Shown piece by piece: positions 28,150 through 36,128 of a stretch of 64,000 bases of DNA. The notes under the pieces were generated by a model. The model ran no database searches. It worked only from the letters and a program-made list of their open reading frames with translations, and was not told the origin of the DNA. Origin of the DNA: Planctomycetaceae bacterium. Lineage in GTDB: Bacteria; Planctomycetota; Planctomycetia; Pirellulales; UBA1268. Positions within the stretch are counted from its first letter, which is position 1; each line of letters opens with the position of its first letter. Where the stretch lies: assembly GCA_011523305.1 (NCBI GenBank), contig WTHB01000164.1:13922-77921 (forward strand), given 5' to 3'. The position numbers and the translations under genes are program-made.

Positions 28150-28211
28150 ACGGATGCCCCGACCTGGGCGGGCTAGGCGGATTGCCTACCCAGGTCATGT
28201 GGGGCATCCGT
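28150..28211. other. three-tier imperfect hairpin (24 bp paired) in the divergent P-II / photolyase-homologue intergenic region
   Basis: Pairs are 28150-28160 with 28201-28211 (11 bp), 28161-28168 with 28189-28196 (8 bp), and 28174-28178 with 28184-28188 (5 bp, loop ggatt). Bulges are cgggc (28169-28173) and atgt (28197-28200). It lies 73 nt upstream of the P-II start codon. Confidence 0.55.
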
Positions 28212-28331
28212 AAAGGACGATCTGCCGAAGGTTTCCTCCGGCGTGTGCAGAGGTGCAGCCTCAGGGCAATGCCCGCGGCTGTTGCAGCGGCGCATACGCT
28301 CTCCAATGGGAACCCTTAGAGAGCAAGTTGC

Positions 28332-29837
28332 GTGCCAGCCGGGCGGCGATTATCCAGGCTTGGCTTTCTGGACACGAACAAGTGCAGGGTTGAAGCGAAA
28401 TGTCGCAGCAAGCGGTTTGCAAAAAAACAGCAGGACACCGGCAGCGCATATCCTTTGGGCAGCCCGTGCCTGTCTTCGCGGCAGCGGGAGGAGTGGGAGT
28501 TATCAATCGTGAATGACCTGACAGCCTGCCTGGCGGGCGATCGAGCGGAGCGTTGTCAGCGGTTTGTCGATCGTGTCGCCGAGGCTGCTTCGCGGCCGGC
28601 AGCAGCGGTCACCGCAGAAGTGGCGACGTTTCTTGCGGGTGACTTTGTCGGTGGGCGGCAGCCGGCGGTCGAGCGACTGGCAGCCATCGACCCCGAGGCG
28701 TACGGCCGGACGCGGAATGATCTGGCCGGAGCGGTGACGCGGTTGTCACCCTGGCTGCGGCATGGCGTGCTGTCGCTGGCAGAGGTGCGGGACGCCGCCC
28801 TGGCTCGGGTGCGAGAACCGGCCCACGCTGGCAAACTGATCAGTGAACTTGGTTGGCGGGACTACTGGCAGCGGGTTGGTGCGGCCCGTCCGGAGGCCAT
28901 CTGGCATGAGTTGGAAGAGCCGGCGGCACAGGCACGCGGTGGCTCGGCGTTGCGGTCGGTCGGTGCTGGGCTGCCCGCTGACATCGCCTCAGCCCAGACG
29001 GGTATGGCCTGTATTGATGCCTTCAGCCGCCAGTTGACCGAGACGGGCTGGCTGCACAACCATGCCCGCATGTGGCTTGCCTCGTGGCTGGTGCATGTTC
29101 GCCACGTCCCTTGGCAGGTTGGTGCTGCCTGGTTTCTTGAGCATCTGCTCGATGCCGATCCTGCCAGCAACAACTTTTCCTGGCAGTGGGTCGCCGGCAC
29201 CTTCTCGAGCAAGCCCTACATCTTCAATCGAGACAATCTGGAACGCTTCACTGGCGGGACGTTTTGTTCGACCTGTCCGGAACTGGGGCACTGTGACGTT
29301 GAGGGTGGCTACGAGGAACTCAGTGCCCGGTTGTTCGCCAGCGTGGGTGAACGTACCGAGCGGCTGGTCATTCCACCTTCGCTCCCATGGCATGCCGACC
29401 CGCCCTCAGGGAAGCCCTTGGTGTGGCTGTCACTCGATGCACTGGCGGCAACAGCTCCGGCTCGCCAGCGGCATCCCGATGCCCTGGCTGTCTGCGTGCT
29501 CGACGCTGACTGGCTTCGGGAGGAACGGCCGGCACCGAAGCGGCTGGCCTTCATTGCTGACTGCCTCGCCGACATTCCCGGCGTCGAGGTCTGGCTGGGG
29601 GATGCTGCTGCAGTGCTGGCCAAGCGGGCAGCGGCGGTCGGGGCCAGCCACATCTGCGTGACTGCCACCGCCTGTCCACGGGTGCGAAAGACGGCGGCCG
29701 CGCTGGCCGAGACCCTGCCGGTGGTGCCTATCGACTGGCCACCGTTTTGCGATGCATCGCGAGTGAAGGACCTCGGCCGCTTTTCCCGGTACTGGAACAA
29801 GGTTTCCAAGTCAGCCCTGCAGCCGACGGCTTGCTAG
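28332..29837 (+). CDS. cryptochrome/photolyase-family protein with helical FAD-binding domain first and photolyase alpha/beta-like domain last
   Basis: The tracked ORF starts at GTG 28332. An in-frame GTG at 28509, preceded by GGGAGGAG, is a plausible true start. FAD-domain blocks are TRLSPWLRHGVLS, ELGWRDYWQ, TGWLHNHARMWLASWL and DADPASNNFSWQWVAGTFSSKPY. The C-terminal ~150 aa resemble the photolyase N-terminal domain (KPLVWLSLDAL...LAVCVLDADWL...KRLAFIADCLADI...VEVWLGDAAAVL). Confidence 0.8.
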   Translation: MPAGRRLSRLGFLDTNKCRVEAKCRSKRFAKKQQDTGSAYPLGSPCLSSRQREEWELSIVNDLTACLAGDRAERCQRFVDRVAEAASRPAAAVTAEVATFLAGDFVGGRQPAVERLAAIDPEAYGRTRNDLAGAVTRLSPWLRHGVLSLAEVRDAALARVREPAHAGKLISELGWRDYWQRVGAARPEAIWHELEEPAAQARGGSALRSVGAGLPADIASAQTGMACIDAFSRQLTETGWLHNHARMWLASWLVHVRHVPWQVGAAWFLEHLLDADPASNNFSWQWVAGTFSSKPYIFNRDNLERFTGGTFCSTCPELGHCDVEGGYEELSARLFASVGERTERLVIPPSLPWHADPPSGKPLVWLSLDALAATAPARQRHPDALAVCVLDADWLREERPAPKRLAFIADCLADIPGVEVWLGDAAAVLAKRAAAVGASHICVTATACPRVRKTAAALAETLPVVPIDWPPFCDASRVKDLGRFSRYWNKVSKSALQPTAC

Positions 29838-31900
29838 AGCACGCCCAGGCACTCGACCCAGCGGCAAAGATCAGTGGCGGCGGTGCCGCCCGGTGTCAGG
29901 CTGCCGACGGTGAGGCCTGCCTTGCGGAGCCGCTCGCGATCGGCTGCCTGACGACGGCTCGTGGCAGTTTCAGTTTCGCTCGCACCTGAGCCTGTATCGC
30001 CAAAGAGAACCCAGCGAAACTGGTCGGGGGCTGCCGGGGTGATCGCCACTCGGCTGGGCAGCATGGCGTCGAGCAAGCCGACGCCGCTCACAAAGCGGGC
30101 AAACCGGTCAGCGGCCAGCCAGGCGAAGGTCCCCCCTGCTCCGCGGCCGGCGAAGGCTATGCGGGTCGGGTCGAGGGGCCGACGACTCGCCAACGCGTCG
30201 AGGCTGCGACCGACCCGTTCCAGATCGTCGCGGCCCCAGCGGGTCGTGTCGGTGGAGCCGAGCAGGACGACGGCAACCTGGTGCCCGCCAGCGGCCTCTC
30301 GCCAGCGGGCTAGTTCGCGGGTCGCGGCAGCTTTCGGCAGCGGGCCGGTGGGTTCTCCAAAGAAGAACAAGACGCCCAGTGGCTGGTCTGCGGCCGAGTC
30401 GGGAAGGATTGCCCAGCCCGGCTCTGCCAGTTCTGGGGCCTCAAGGCGAACCAGGACTGGTGGCGTGAAATCTGTTTGTGCGGGCACCGCTGTCGGTGGC
30501 AGAGACGGCAGCAGCACGGTCTGCAGCCTGACCTGCCGACGATCCTCGCCCCGCTGTCGCTCCAGCATCACGGTGGTCTCGGCTGCCAGGCCACCGAGCA
30601 GGCCGGCAAGTTCAGCGGCGGTGCCGACCGGCTGGAGCGCGGGTTCGTCCTCGGTGCCGGAACTGATCGCGGCGGCGATGATGCGGTCACCCGATTGCAG
30701 GCCGGCTTTCGCAGCTGGGCTCTCAGGCCAGACCCAGCCAATTTCAACCGCAGTCGGAACGGTCTGCTGGTCCCGTGTCGGTGCCCGTCGGGTGGGCACG
30801 ATGCCCAGCATTGTCCGCCGCCACGGCGGCAGCTCGGCGACGAGTGTTGCCTGGGTGGTGATTGTTTCAGGTGTGGTCTCCGGGCCGCGGCTGACAACCA
30901 GCGTGATAGCGTCACCCGCCAGCCGTGGCGACAGCGCATGCCGGGCATCGGCGATGCGGCGAACAGGCTGACCATTGACGGTCTCAATGCGGTCCCCGCT
31001 GCGGAGCCCGGCCTGAGCTGCCGGCGAGTTCGCCCTGACCGTCGTAATGACCGCCGGACCGTTGACTGGATCCGCAGCCGCGTAGCCGATGCCGAGCAGG
31101 CCTGGTTGCAGTTCTTCTCCCTGCTTCAGTCGCGGCAGCAGGGGCAGCAGGTCAGCCATCGGCACGGCAAAGCCGATCCCGGAGTCGTACAGTTCGGTGC
31201 CCAGTTGCATACCAGCCGTGTCGGCTGGCAATGGAGCCAGAATGCCGATCACTTGCCCGCGGATGTCGATGAGTGGCCCGCCATAGTTGACCGGGGAAAC
31301 GGCGGCATCAGTCTGCACTGCCCTGCCCCAGGCGCGATCGACCGCAGAAAGAACGCCGACCGCCACACTCGGGCGGGTGCTGTCCCAGACGCGGCCAGCC
31401 GCAATTGCCCACTGTCCCGGTCGCAGGGTCGCTGCATCGGCCCAGCGCGGAACCGGCAGTGGAGCCGGTGGCGTGCACTTCAGCAAAACCAGTCCACGGT
31501 TCGTGTCGCGGCCGGTCACCTGGCCGACCAGGCGAACCGGTGCTGGGGGGGCGTCTCCTGCCGCTGTCGTCGGCGGGAGCAGAATGACCGCTTCCGAGGC
31601 ATCGTCGGGGACGGCAAACGCTGTGGTCAGCACCCAGCCATCGCTGTCGACCACCAGGCCACTCGACGGCCCTGTCGCGGGTGCAGCTTCGGCAGCCGTC
31701 TGGAGCCGCGCTGTTGAGAGGCCGACCGGTTCGATCCGCACGATCGAGGCAGCCACCCGGTCGACGGCACGCTGAAAGGCAGCCTGCTCGGCAGCAGCCA
31801 GAGGAGGTGCGGTGGGGGTGGTCTCTGGCCGGGCAATACCACAGCAACACGGCAGCAGCCAGGCTGCGGCAAGCCAGCGCAGGGAAAAGCGGGGAACCAT
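29834..31900 (-). CDS. HtrA-like trypsin-fold/PDZ protein lacking the catalytic triad, fused to a degenerate alpha/beta-hydrolase-like domain
   Basis: ATG at 31898-31900 (TGATG junction with the upstream stop). The track starts one codon earlier at TTG 31903. Signal-like MVPRFSLRWLAAAWLLPCCCG. Trypsin-fold blocks carry substitutions: VLTTAFAV, NRGLVLLKC and DAAVSPVNYGGPLID. PDZ-like segments are PAAQAGLRSGDRIETVNGQPV and PAAKAGLQSGDRII. The C-terminus has LGVLFFFGEP...RIAFAGRGAGGTFAWLAA. Confidence 0.8.
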   Translation of the reverse strand: MVPRFSLRWLAAAWLLPCCCGIARPETTPTAPPLAAAEQAAFQRAVDRVAASIVRIEPVGLSTARLQTAAEAAPATGPSSGLVVDSDGWVLTTAFAVPDDASEAVILLPPTTAAGDAPPAPVRLVGQVTGRDTNRGLVLLKCTPPAPLPVPRWADAATLRPGQWAIAAGRVWDSTRPSVAVGVLSAVDRAWGRAVQTDAAVSPVNYGGPLIDIRGQVIGILAPLPADTAGMQLGTELYDSGIGFAVPMADLLPLLPRLKQGEELQPGLLGIGYAAADPVNGPAVITTVRANSPAAQAGLRSGDRIETVNGQPVRRIADARHALSPRLAGDAITLVVSRGPETTPETITTQATLVAELPPWRRTMLGIVPTRRAPTRDQQTVPTAVEIGWVWPESPAAKAGLQSGDRIIAAAISSGTEDEPALQPVGTAAELAGLLGGLAAETTVMLERQRGEDRRQVRLQTVLLPSLPPTAVPAQTDFTPPVLVRLEAPELAEPGWAILPDSAADQPLGVLFFFGEPTGPLPKAAATRELARWREAAGGHQVAVVLLGSTDTTRWGRDDLERVGRSLDALASRRPLDPTRIAFAGRGAGGTFAWLAADRFARFVSGVGLLDAMLPSRVAITPAAPDQFRWVLFGDTGSGASETETATSRRQAADRERLRKAGLTVGSLTPGGTAATDLCRWVECLGVL

Positions 31901-32979
31901 CAAGGAGCCTCCTCGCGGGTGGCAGCAGGTGGTGGTGCCTGCGGAAGCGGGCCCAGGTCACAGGCGACAATCTCTCCGCGCCGAATCAGGCTCAAACGAA
32001 CAGGGTCGCCTGGAATCAGGCGGGCCAGTTCCCGGCGGAGCGCCCGCTGCGAGGTGACTGTCCGCTCGCCGAGGGCCACAACAAGATCATCGGGTTGAAG
32101 CCCTGCCGTCGCCGCCGGAGTGCCTGCCTGCACGGCCTCAACAAAGGGCGGCGTCTGGTCGAGCAGATCGGGGACGAGTGCTAGGCCGAGCAGTCGCAGG
32201 TCAAAGCCCCGGCCCTCCTCTGTTTCGGCGGCGACTGCCGGTGGTTCCCCCGAGAGGACGGCCGCATAACCCTTGGCAACCTCGTCAGCCGGCAGGGCAT
32301 AACTCAGCCAGATGCCACTCGGCTCAGCCCGCAATTCCTTCCCCAGGATGCCGAGAAAGGTTCCTTGCCAATCGATCAGGCAGCCCCCCGGTGAACCGGG
32401 ATTGTTGGTGGTGCAGTCAAGAATGTAGGCGTCGCCGCGGTAGGCCGCTTCATGGGGGCCTCGCCGTGCTCGCAGCGGCACGCAAGCGGCGATGACGCCG
32501 TGTTGCAGGCTCACCCGCTCGTCGCCGACGGCAACGCCAAAGAGGTTCGACAACGCCAGGATGCGGGTGCCGGGAGCAGCCCGTGGGGCAGTGGGCGAGA
32601 GCGGGAAGTGGGGAAGATCCTCCCCGTCGATTGCGAGGACGGCGAGTTCCCGGCGGAGGTCGGCGCCGAGCAGCCGCGCAGCATAGCGTCGGCCGTCATC
32701 CAGTACGCAGTCGATCGCCTCCGAGTCGAGCACCGTGCTCAGGGCGGTGACAACGTGGCCGGTGGGCGAAACGAGCACGCCGGTCTGATAGGCCTCCAGC
32801 CCGCGGACCCCGCCAGCTCCGTAGAGTTTCACAACGCGGCTCGCCGCAGCGACTCCCGGGGCGGTCGACGGCCCCGCCCAGGTGGCTGCAGTGCAGATGA
32901 GGCTGCTCACCAGCGACAGCAGGATCCGCTGCCGCAGGCAGGTCGATGAACGCAGCCCAGTCAGGAATGGCGTGGTCAC
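31900..32979 (-). CDS. HtrA-like trypsin-fold/PDZ protein with partly substituted triad
   Basis: GTG at 32977-32979 overlaps the upstream stop (GTGA). Blocks are SPTGHVVTALSTVL, RRELAVLAI and DCTTNNPGSPGGCLID. PDZ-like segment is GTPAATAGLQPDDLVVALGERTV. Confidence 0.8.
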   Translation of the reverse strand: MTTPFLTGLRSSTCLRQRILLSLVSSLICTAATWAGPSTAPGVAAASRVVKLYGAGGVRGLEAYQTGVLVSPTGHVVTALSTVLDSEAIDCVLDDGRRYAARLLGADLRRELAVLAIDGEDLPHFPLSPTAPRAAPGTRILALSNLFGVAVGDERVSLQHGVIAACVPLRARRGPHEAAYRGDAYILDCTTNNPGSPGGCLIDWQGTFLGILGKELRAEPSGIWLSYALPADEVAKGYAAVLSGEPPAVAAETEEGRGFDLRLLGLALVPDLLDQTPPFVEAVQAGTPAATAGLQPDDLVVALGERTVTSQRALRRELARLIPGDPVRLSLIRRGEIVACDLGPLPQAPPPAATREEAP

Positions 32980-34754
32980 TCTGCGGGTTCCTCAACGGCC
33001 AAAGTGGCAAACCGACGACCATCTGAATCAACGATGATGCGGTCTGGTCGCCAGCAGGGATGCCTCTCGCTCGGCAGTGAGAATCGAACCTGACAGGGGT
33101 CGGCAGTCGGTGAGAGCGAGAAAATGATTTCGACAATCGCTCCGGTTTCATCAACGAGGAAGCGGGCCTGGCTGCCGGCGGTGGTCCAGGTGAGCACGTC
33201 AGCAAGCTGGCCAGCCGCGGCACTGCCTGATGCCTGTGGCTGCTGGCCCCAGTAGCTGGTGCGGCCCGTTTCGAGGGCACCATTGAGCAGCAGTTGCCGC
33301 CAGATCGTGAGTGCTGCCAGCATGCCCCCTGATCCGGGCGGACTGGCGTCAAAGCCGGCTTCGGCTGCCAGTCCTGCCGCTGCCGCCGCCGGCTCCCAGC
33401 GAGAGACCCCAGTGGGCAGGCTGATCTGGGCAGACTGGTCGGCGAGTTCAATTTCAAACGGCCCGCCACCGGCCAGGCTGCCGCGGTATCTCCAGGGCTC
33501 GCGGCTCACGCCGGCCGCGCGATCTGCCAGCCGGGCGAGCACATGCTCCAGCTCAATCCGATTGAAGTGAAAGTTGGTGTAGCCAACCCGGGGCTCGTAG
33601 AGAGGGCGGATCGCTTCCGGAAGATCGGCCGGGTCGGGAGCCAGTGGGTTGGGGGGAGGTGCGGGCTTTCCGTCGGGAAGTTCCGGTTGGGTACCACGCC
33701 CTCCTGCCACCAGGTCATTGAGCATGGCCGTGGTGTGGACTCCGGCGAGTTCGACAATGATCTCGGTGGGACGGCCGCCGCGGCGGAAGGTGAGGGGCAC
33801 CCGCCAGCCGGCTGGCAGCGTGCCGAGCATGTTCTTGAAGGCGTTGACACTCCGGACGGGGCGTCCTGCCAGGGCCACCACTTCATCGTCGATCCGCAGC
33901 CCGCGCCGCCAGGCGTCTGACGATTCGAGGATGTCAGCGACCACCACCCGGCCATCGGCGCTGGTGGCCACGGTGGCGCCGAGGGTGGCATGATCGGCCA
34001 GCCGGCCGCCCTTGAGCACACCGAGAAAGTTGCGGACCTGGTTGGCTGAAATGGCGTAGCCAACGCCAACATTGATCCGGCCGCGTTTTTCGAATGAGGC
34101 CCGGCCGTTGATACCAATCAGTTCGCCTGCCGCATTGAACAGTCCACCGCCGGAGTTTCCGGGGTTGATTGCGGCATCGACCTGCAGGCAGTCGGCATAT
34201 TCGAGGATCGTGCCCGCTGGAAACTGATAGCGGTGAACTCCCGAGACGATGCCGCTGCTGACTGATGGCTGGAGATTGGTTGCCAGCAGGAAAGGGTTGC
34301 CGATGACGAAGCACGGGTCGCCAACCAGAACCGCATCACTGTCGGCGAGCCTGGCGGCCGGAAAGTCGTCGCGGCCGAGCAGTTTGATCAGGGCCAGATC
34401 GCCGGTCGGATCGAGCCCAACGAGGACGGCATCGTAGAGCCGGCCATCGTTGAGGCCACACTGCATGGCAACGCCAGCCGGCTGCACCACATGGAAGTTG
34501 GTCAGGGCGTAGCCGGTTGGACTGATCAACACCCCAGAGCCACCGCCGGCAGCTCCGGCAAAGATCGCCACGGCAGTCTCGGATGCCGTCGCAATGGTGT
34601 TCACCCGCGCCTGCTCGGCGGCCAGGACGGCCTCCAGCCCCGTGTCAGCCAGCACTGGCGAGAGTGAACCGACCAGCAGCAGGCCAGCCTGCAGGAGGCT
34701 GACGACTCGAAGCCGATGTCGGACCGCAGCCACGACATGGGGGATGGACCGCAT
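32976..34754 (-). CDS. HtrA/DegP-like serine protease with PDZ domain and ~250-aa C-terminal extension (triad intact)
   Basis: ATG at 34752-34754, 3 nt after the upstream stop. His block GYALTNFHVV, Asp block GDLALIKL, Ser block DAAINPGNSGGGLFN. PDZ-like segment is SDAWRRGLRIDDEVVALAGRPV. Confidence 0.88.
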   Translation of the reverse strand: MRSIPHVVAAVRHRLRVVSLLQAGLLLVGSLSPVLADTGLEAVLAAEQARVNTIATASETAVAIFAGAAGGGSGVLISPTGYALTNFHVVQPAGVAMQCGLNDGRLYDAVLVGLDPTGDLALIKLLGRDDFPAARLADSDAVLVGDPCFVIGNPFLLATNLQPSVSSGIVSGVHRYQFPAGTILEYADCLQVDAAINPGNSGGGLFNAAGELIGINGRASFEKRGRINVGVGYAISANQVRNFLGVLKGGRLADHATLGATVATSADGRVVVADILESSDAWRRGLRIDDEVVALAGRPVRSVNAFKNMLGTLPAGWRVPLTFRRGGRPTEIIVELAGVHTTAMLNDLVAGGRGTQPELPDGKPAPPPNPLAPDPADLPEAIRPLYEPRVGYTNFHFNRIELEHVLARLADRAAGVSREPWRYRGSLAGGGPFEIELADQSAQISLPTGVSRWEPAAAAAGLAAEAGFDASPPGSGGMLAALTIWRQLLLNGALETGRTSYWGQQPQASGSAAAGQLADVLTWTTAGSQARFLVDETGAIVEIIFSLSPTADPCQVRFSLPSERHPCWRPDRIIVDSDGRRFATLAVEEPAE

Positions 34755-34757
34755 GGG

Positions 34758-36128
34758 CTACCTCTCGATCGTCGGGGCCTGGAGGAGAATCGGACCACCA
34801 AGCAGTGCCGTGGGCGTTGCCGTTGCTGAGTCACCAGCAGGCCGCGTGGCGAAGTCGACGACAAGCCGCAATTGTCGCCCTCCACGAACGTCGATCATGA
34901 CCTGTTCAGTGGTGGGCGTATCGACACTCAGCCCGGCTCCGCCGATCTCCCTGCGAACCTGCTCCACGCCGTCGACTTCAATCAGCACCGAGGTTGGGGT
35001 GCTGGCGGCAGGCGTGGCCGGCAGCAGCTGGGCCCTGAAGACGCGGCTGCCGGGGGGAAGCGTCCACACCAAGTCTGTTCGTGGCCGCAGCAGCAGGGCG
35101 GGGAGTTCTACGGCCTGGTCGTCTGTCTGCCTGGTGGAGGTGACGGTCCGGGGAGCAAAGTACTTTCGCAGGACGGCATCGTCGGCAAGGCTACCGAAGT
35201 ATGGCTCGACGGATGTGCTGGCTGGCGACCGCCGGGTCAGGTCGATCTGGCGGCCGAAGGCGTAGTCGATGCTGAGCACCTCGGCAGCCGGCAGTGTCGC
35301 CTTGACCGGCGCGGTGGTGGTGGCTGCCAGAGTGAGGGTCCAGTCAGCCTCTGGGCTGCTGCGAGCAATGCCCCGGCAGCGGAGCCGGCCTCCGGGGAGT
35401 CCCAGCAGAATGTCCTGCGGCGCCGGTTCCGGTTCCACGCCCGGACGAGTGCCTGCCCGCAGCCAGCAGAGGCCGGCAAGTTTCGTGCGGGAAACCGGAA
35501 TCGACTCTCCTTCAAGCAGCACAACAACCTCGGTTGCCGTGATGGCCGTGATGGCACATTCGATGAACTGCCAGCCCTCGTCTCGCCGGATGACGACGAT
35601 GTCTCCGGCAGCCGGGGTGGGCAGCTCGGCCAGCCAGTCGGTGGTTGGCGGCGTTTCGTCTTCAGCCGGCCAGGCAATCCAGTGCAGGCCGTCAGCTGGC
35701 AGGGCCAGGCTGCCGGTCGCCAGTGACACCGTCGCTTCTGCCGCAGCCACCTCAATGCTGGTCGCGGTGAGCTGGGAGCCATCGGTGAGGCCGATCAGCG
35801 AGCCGCCCGCAGCCGGAGCGGCCTCCTGCAGCGTGATCCGCCGAACGGTGGCCAGGTCGATCGCCATCTCAGTGGCCGCGGTGTCTGGGGATGCGGCAAG
35901 CACGAGGCGTTCAGCATCGAGGCTGGCAAACTGCCCGGTGCGGGTGTTGCCGGATGTGAGGGCAACGGAGAGCGCGTCGGCGGCACGGCCCACTCCGGAA
36001 ATACCGGCCACCACGAAGAGTGGTGTCAGGCACCACACGACCCAGCCATGTCCTGTTCTGCGCGGAATGCGGTAGCCCCCGTTCACGTGATGGGCGGCCA
36101 ATCCCCTGCCCCTGGCGTCCTCTTTCAT
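34758..36128 (-). CDS. hypothetical membrane-anchored/secreted protein (456 aa)
   Basis: ATG at 36126-36128 overlaps the upstream stop (ATGA). N-terminal hydrophobic segment WVVWCLTPLFVVAGISGVGRA. Ala/Thr-rich. No family recognised. Coding is supported by tight coupling on both sides. Confidence 0.65.
   Translation of the reverse strand: MKEDARGRGLAAHHVNGGYRIPRRTGHGWVVWCLTPLFVVAGISGVGRAADALSVALTSGNTRTGQFASLDAERLVLAASPDTAATEMAIDLATVRRITLQEAAPAAGGSLIGLTDGSQLTATSIEVAAAEATVSLATGSLALPADGLHWIAWPAEDETPPTTDWLAELPTPAAGDIVVIRRDEGWQFIECAITAITATEVVVLLEGESIPVSRTKLAGLCWLRAGTRPGVEPEPAPQDILLGLPGGRLRCRGIARSSPEADWTLTLAATTTAPVKATLPAAEVLSIDYAFGRQIDLTRRSPASTSVEPYFGSLADDAVLRKYFAPRTVTSTRQTDDQAVELPALLLRPRTDLVWTLPPGSRVFRAQLLPATPAASTPTSVLIEVDGVEQVRREIGGAGLSVDTPTTEQVMIDVRGGRQLRLVVDFATRPAGDSATATPTALLGGPILLQAPTIER

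Noticed and set aside
28150-28211. The hairpin upstream of P-II considered as a glutamine (glnA-motif) riboswitch
   Set aside because: The sequence does not match what I remember of the glnA RNA consensus (CGUUCA...GGAAGUAGG...AAGGAACGC). It is kept only as an unclassified structured element.
29961-31717. Plus-strand ORFs of 336 and 413 aa inside the pseudoprotease gene
   Set aside because: They are Ser/Arg/Ala/Pro-rich low-complexity translations antisense to a gene with clear trypsin/PDZ blocks and coupled junctions.
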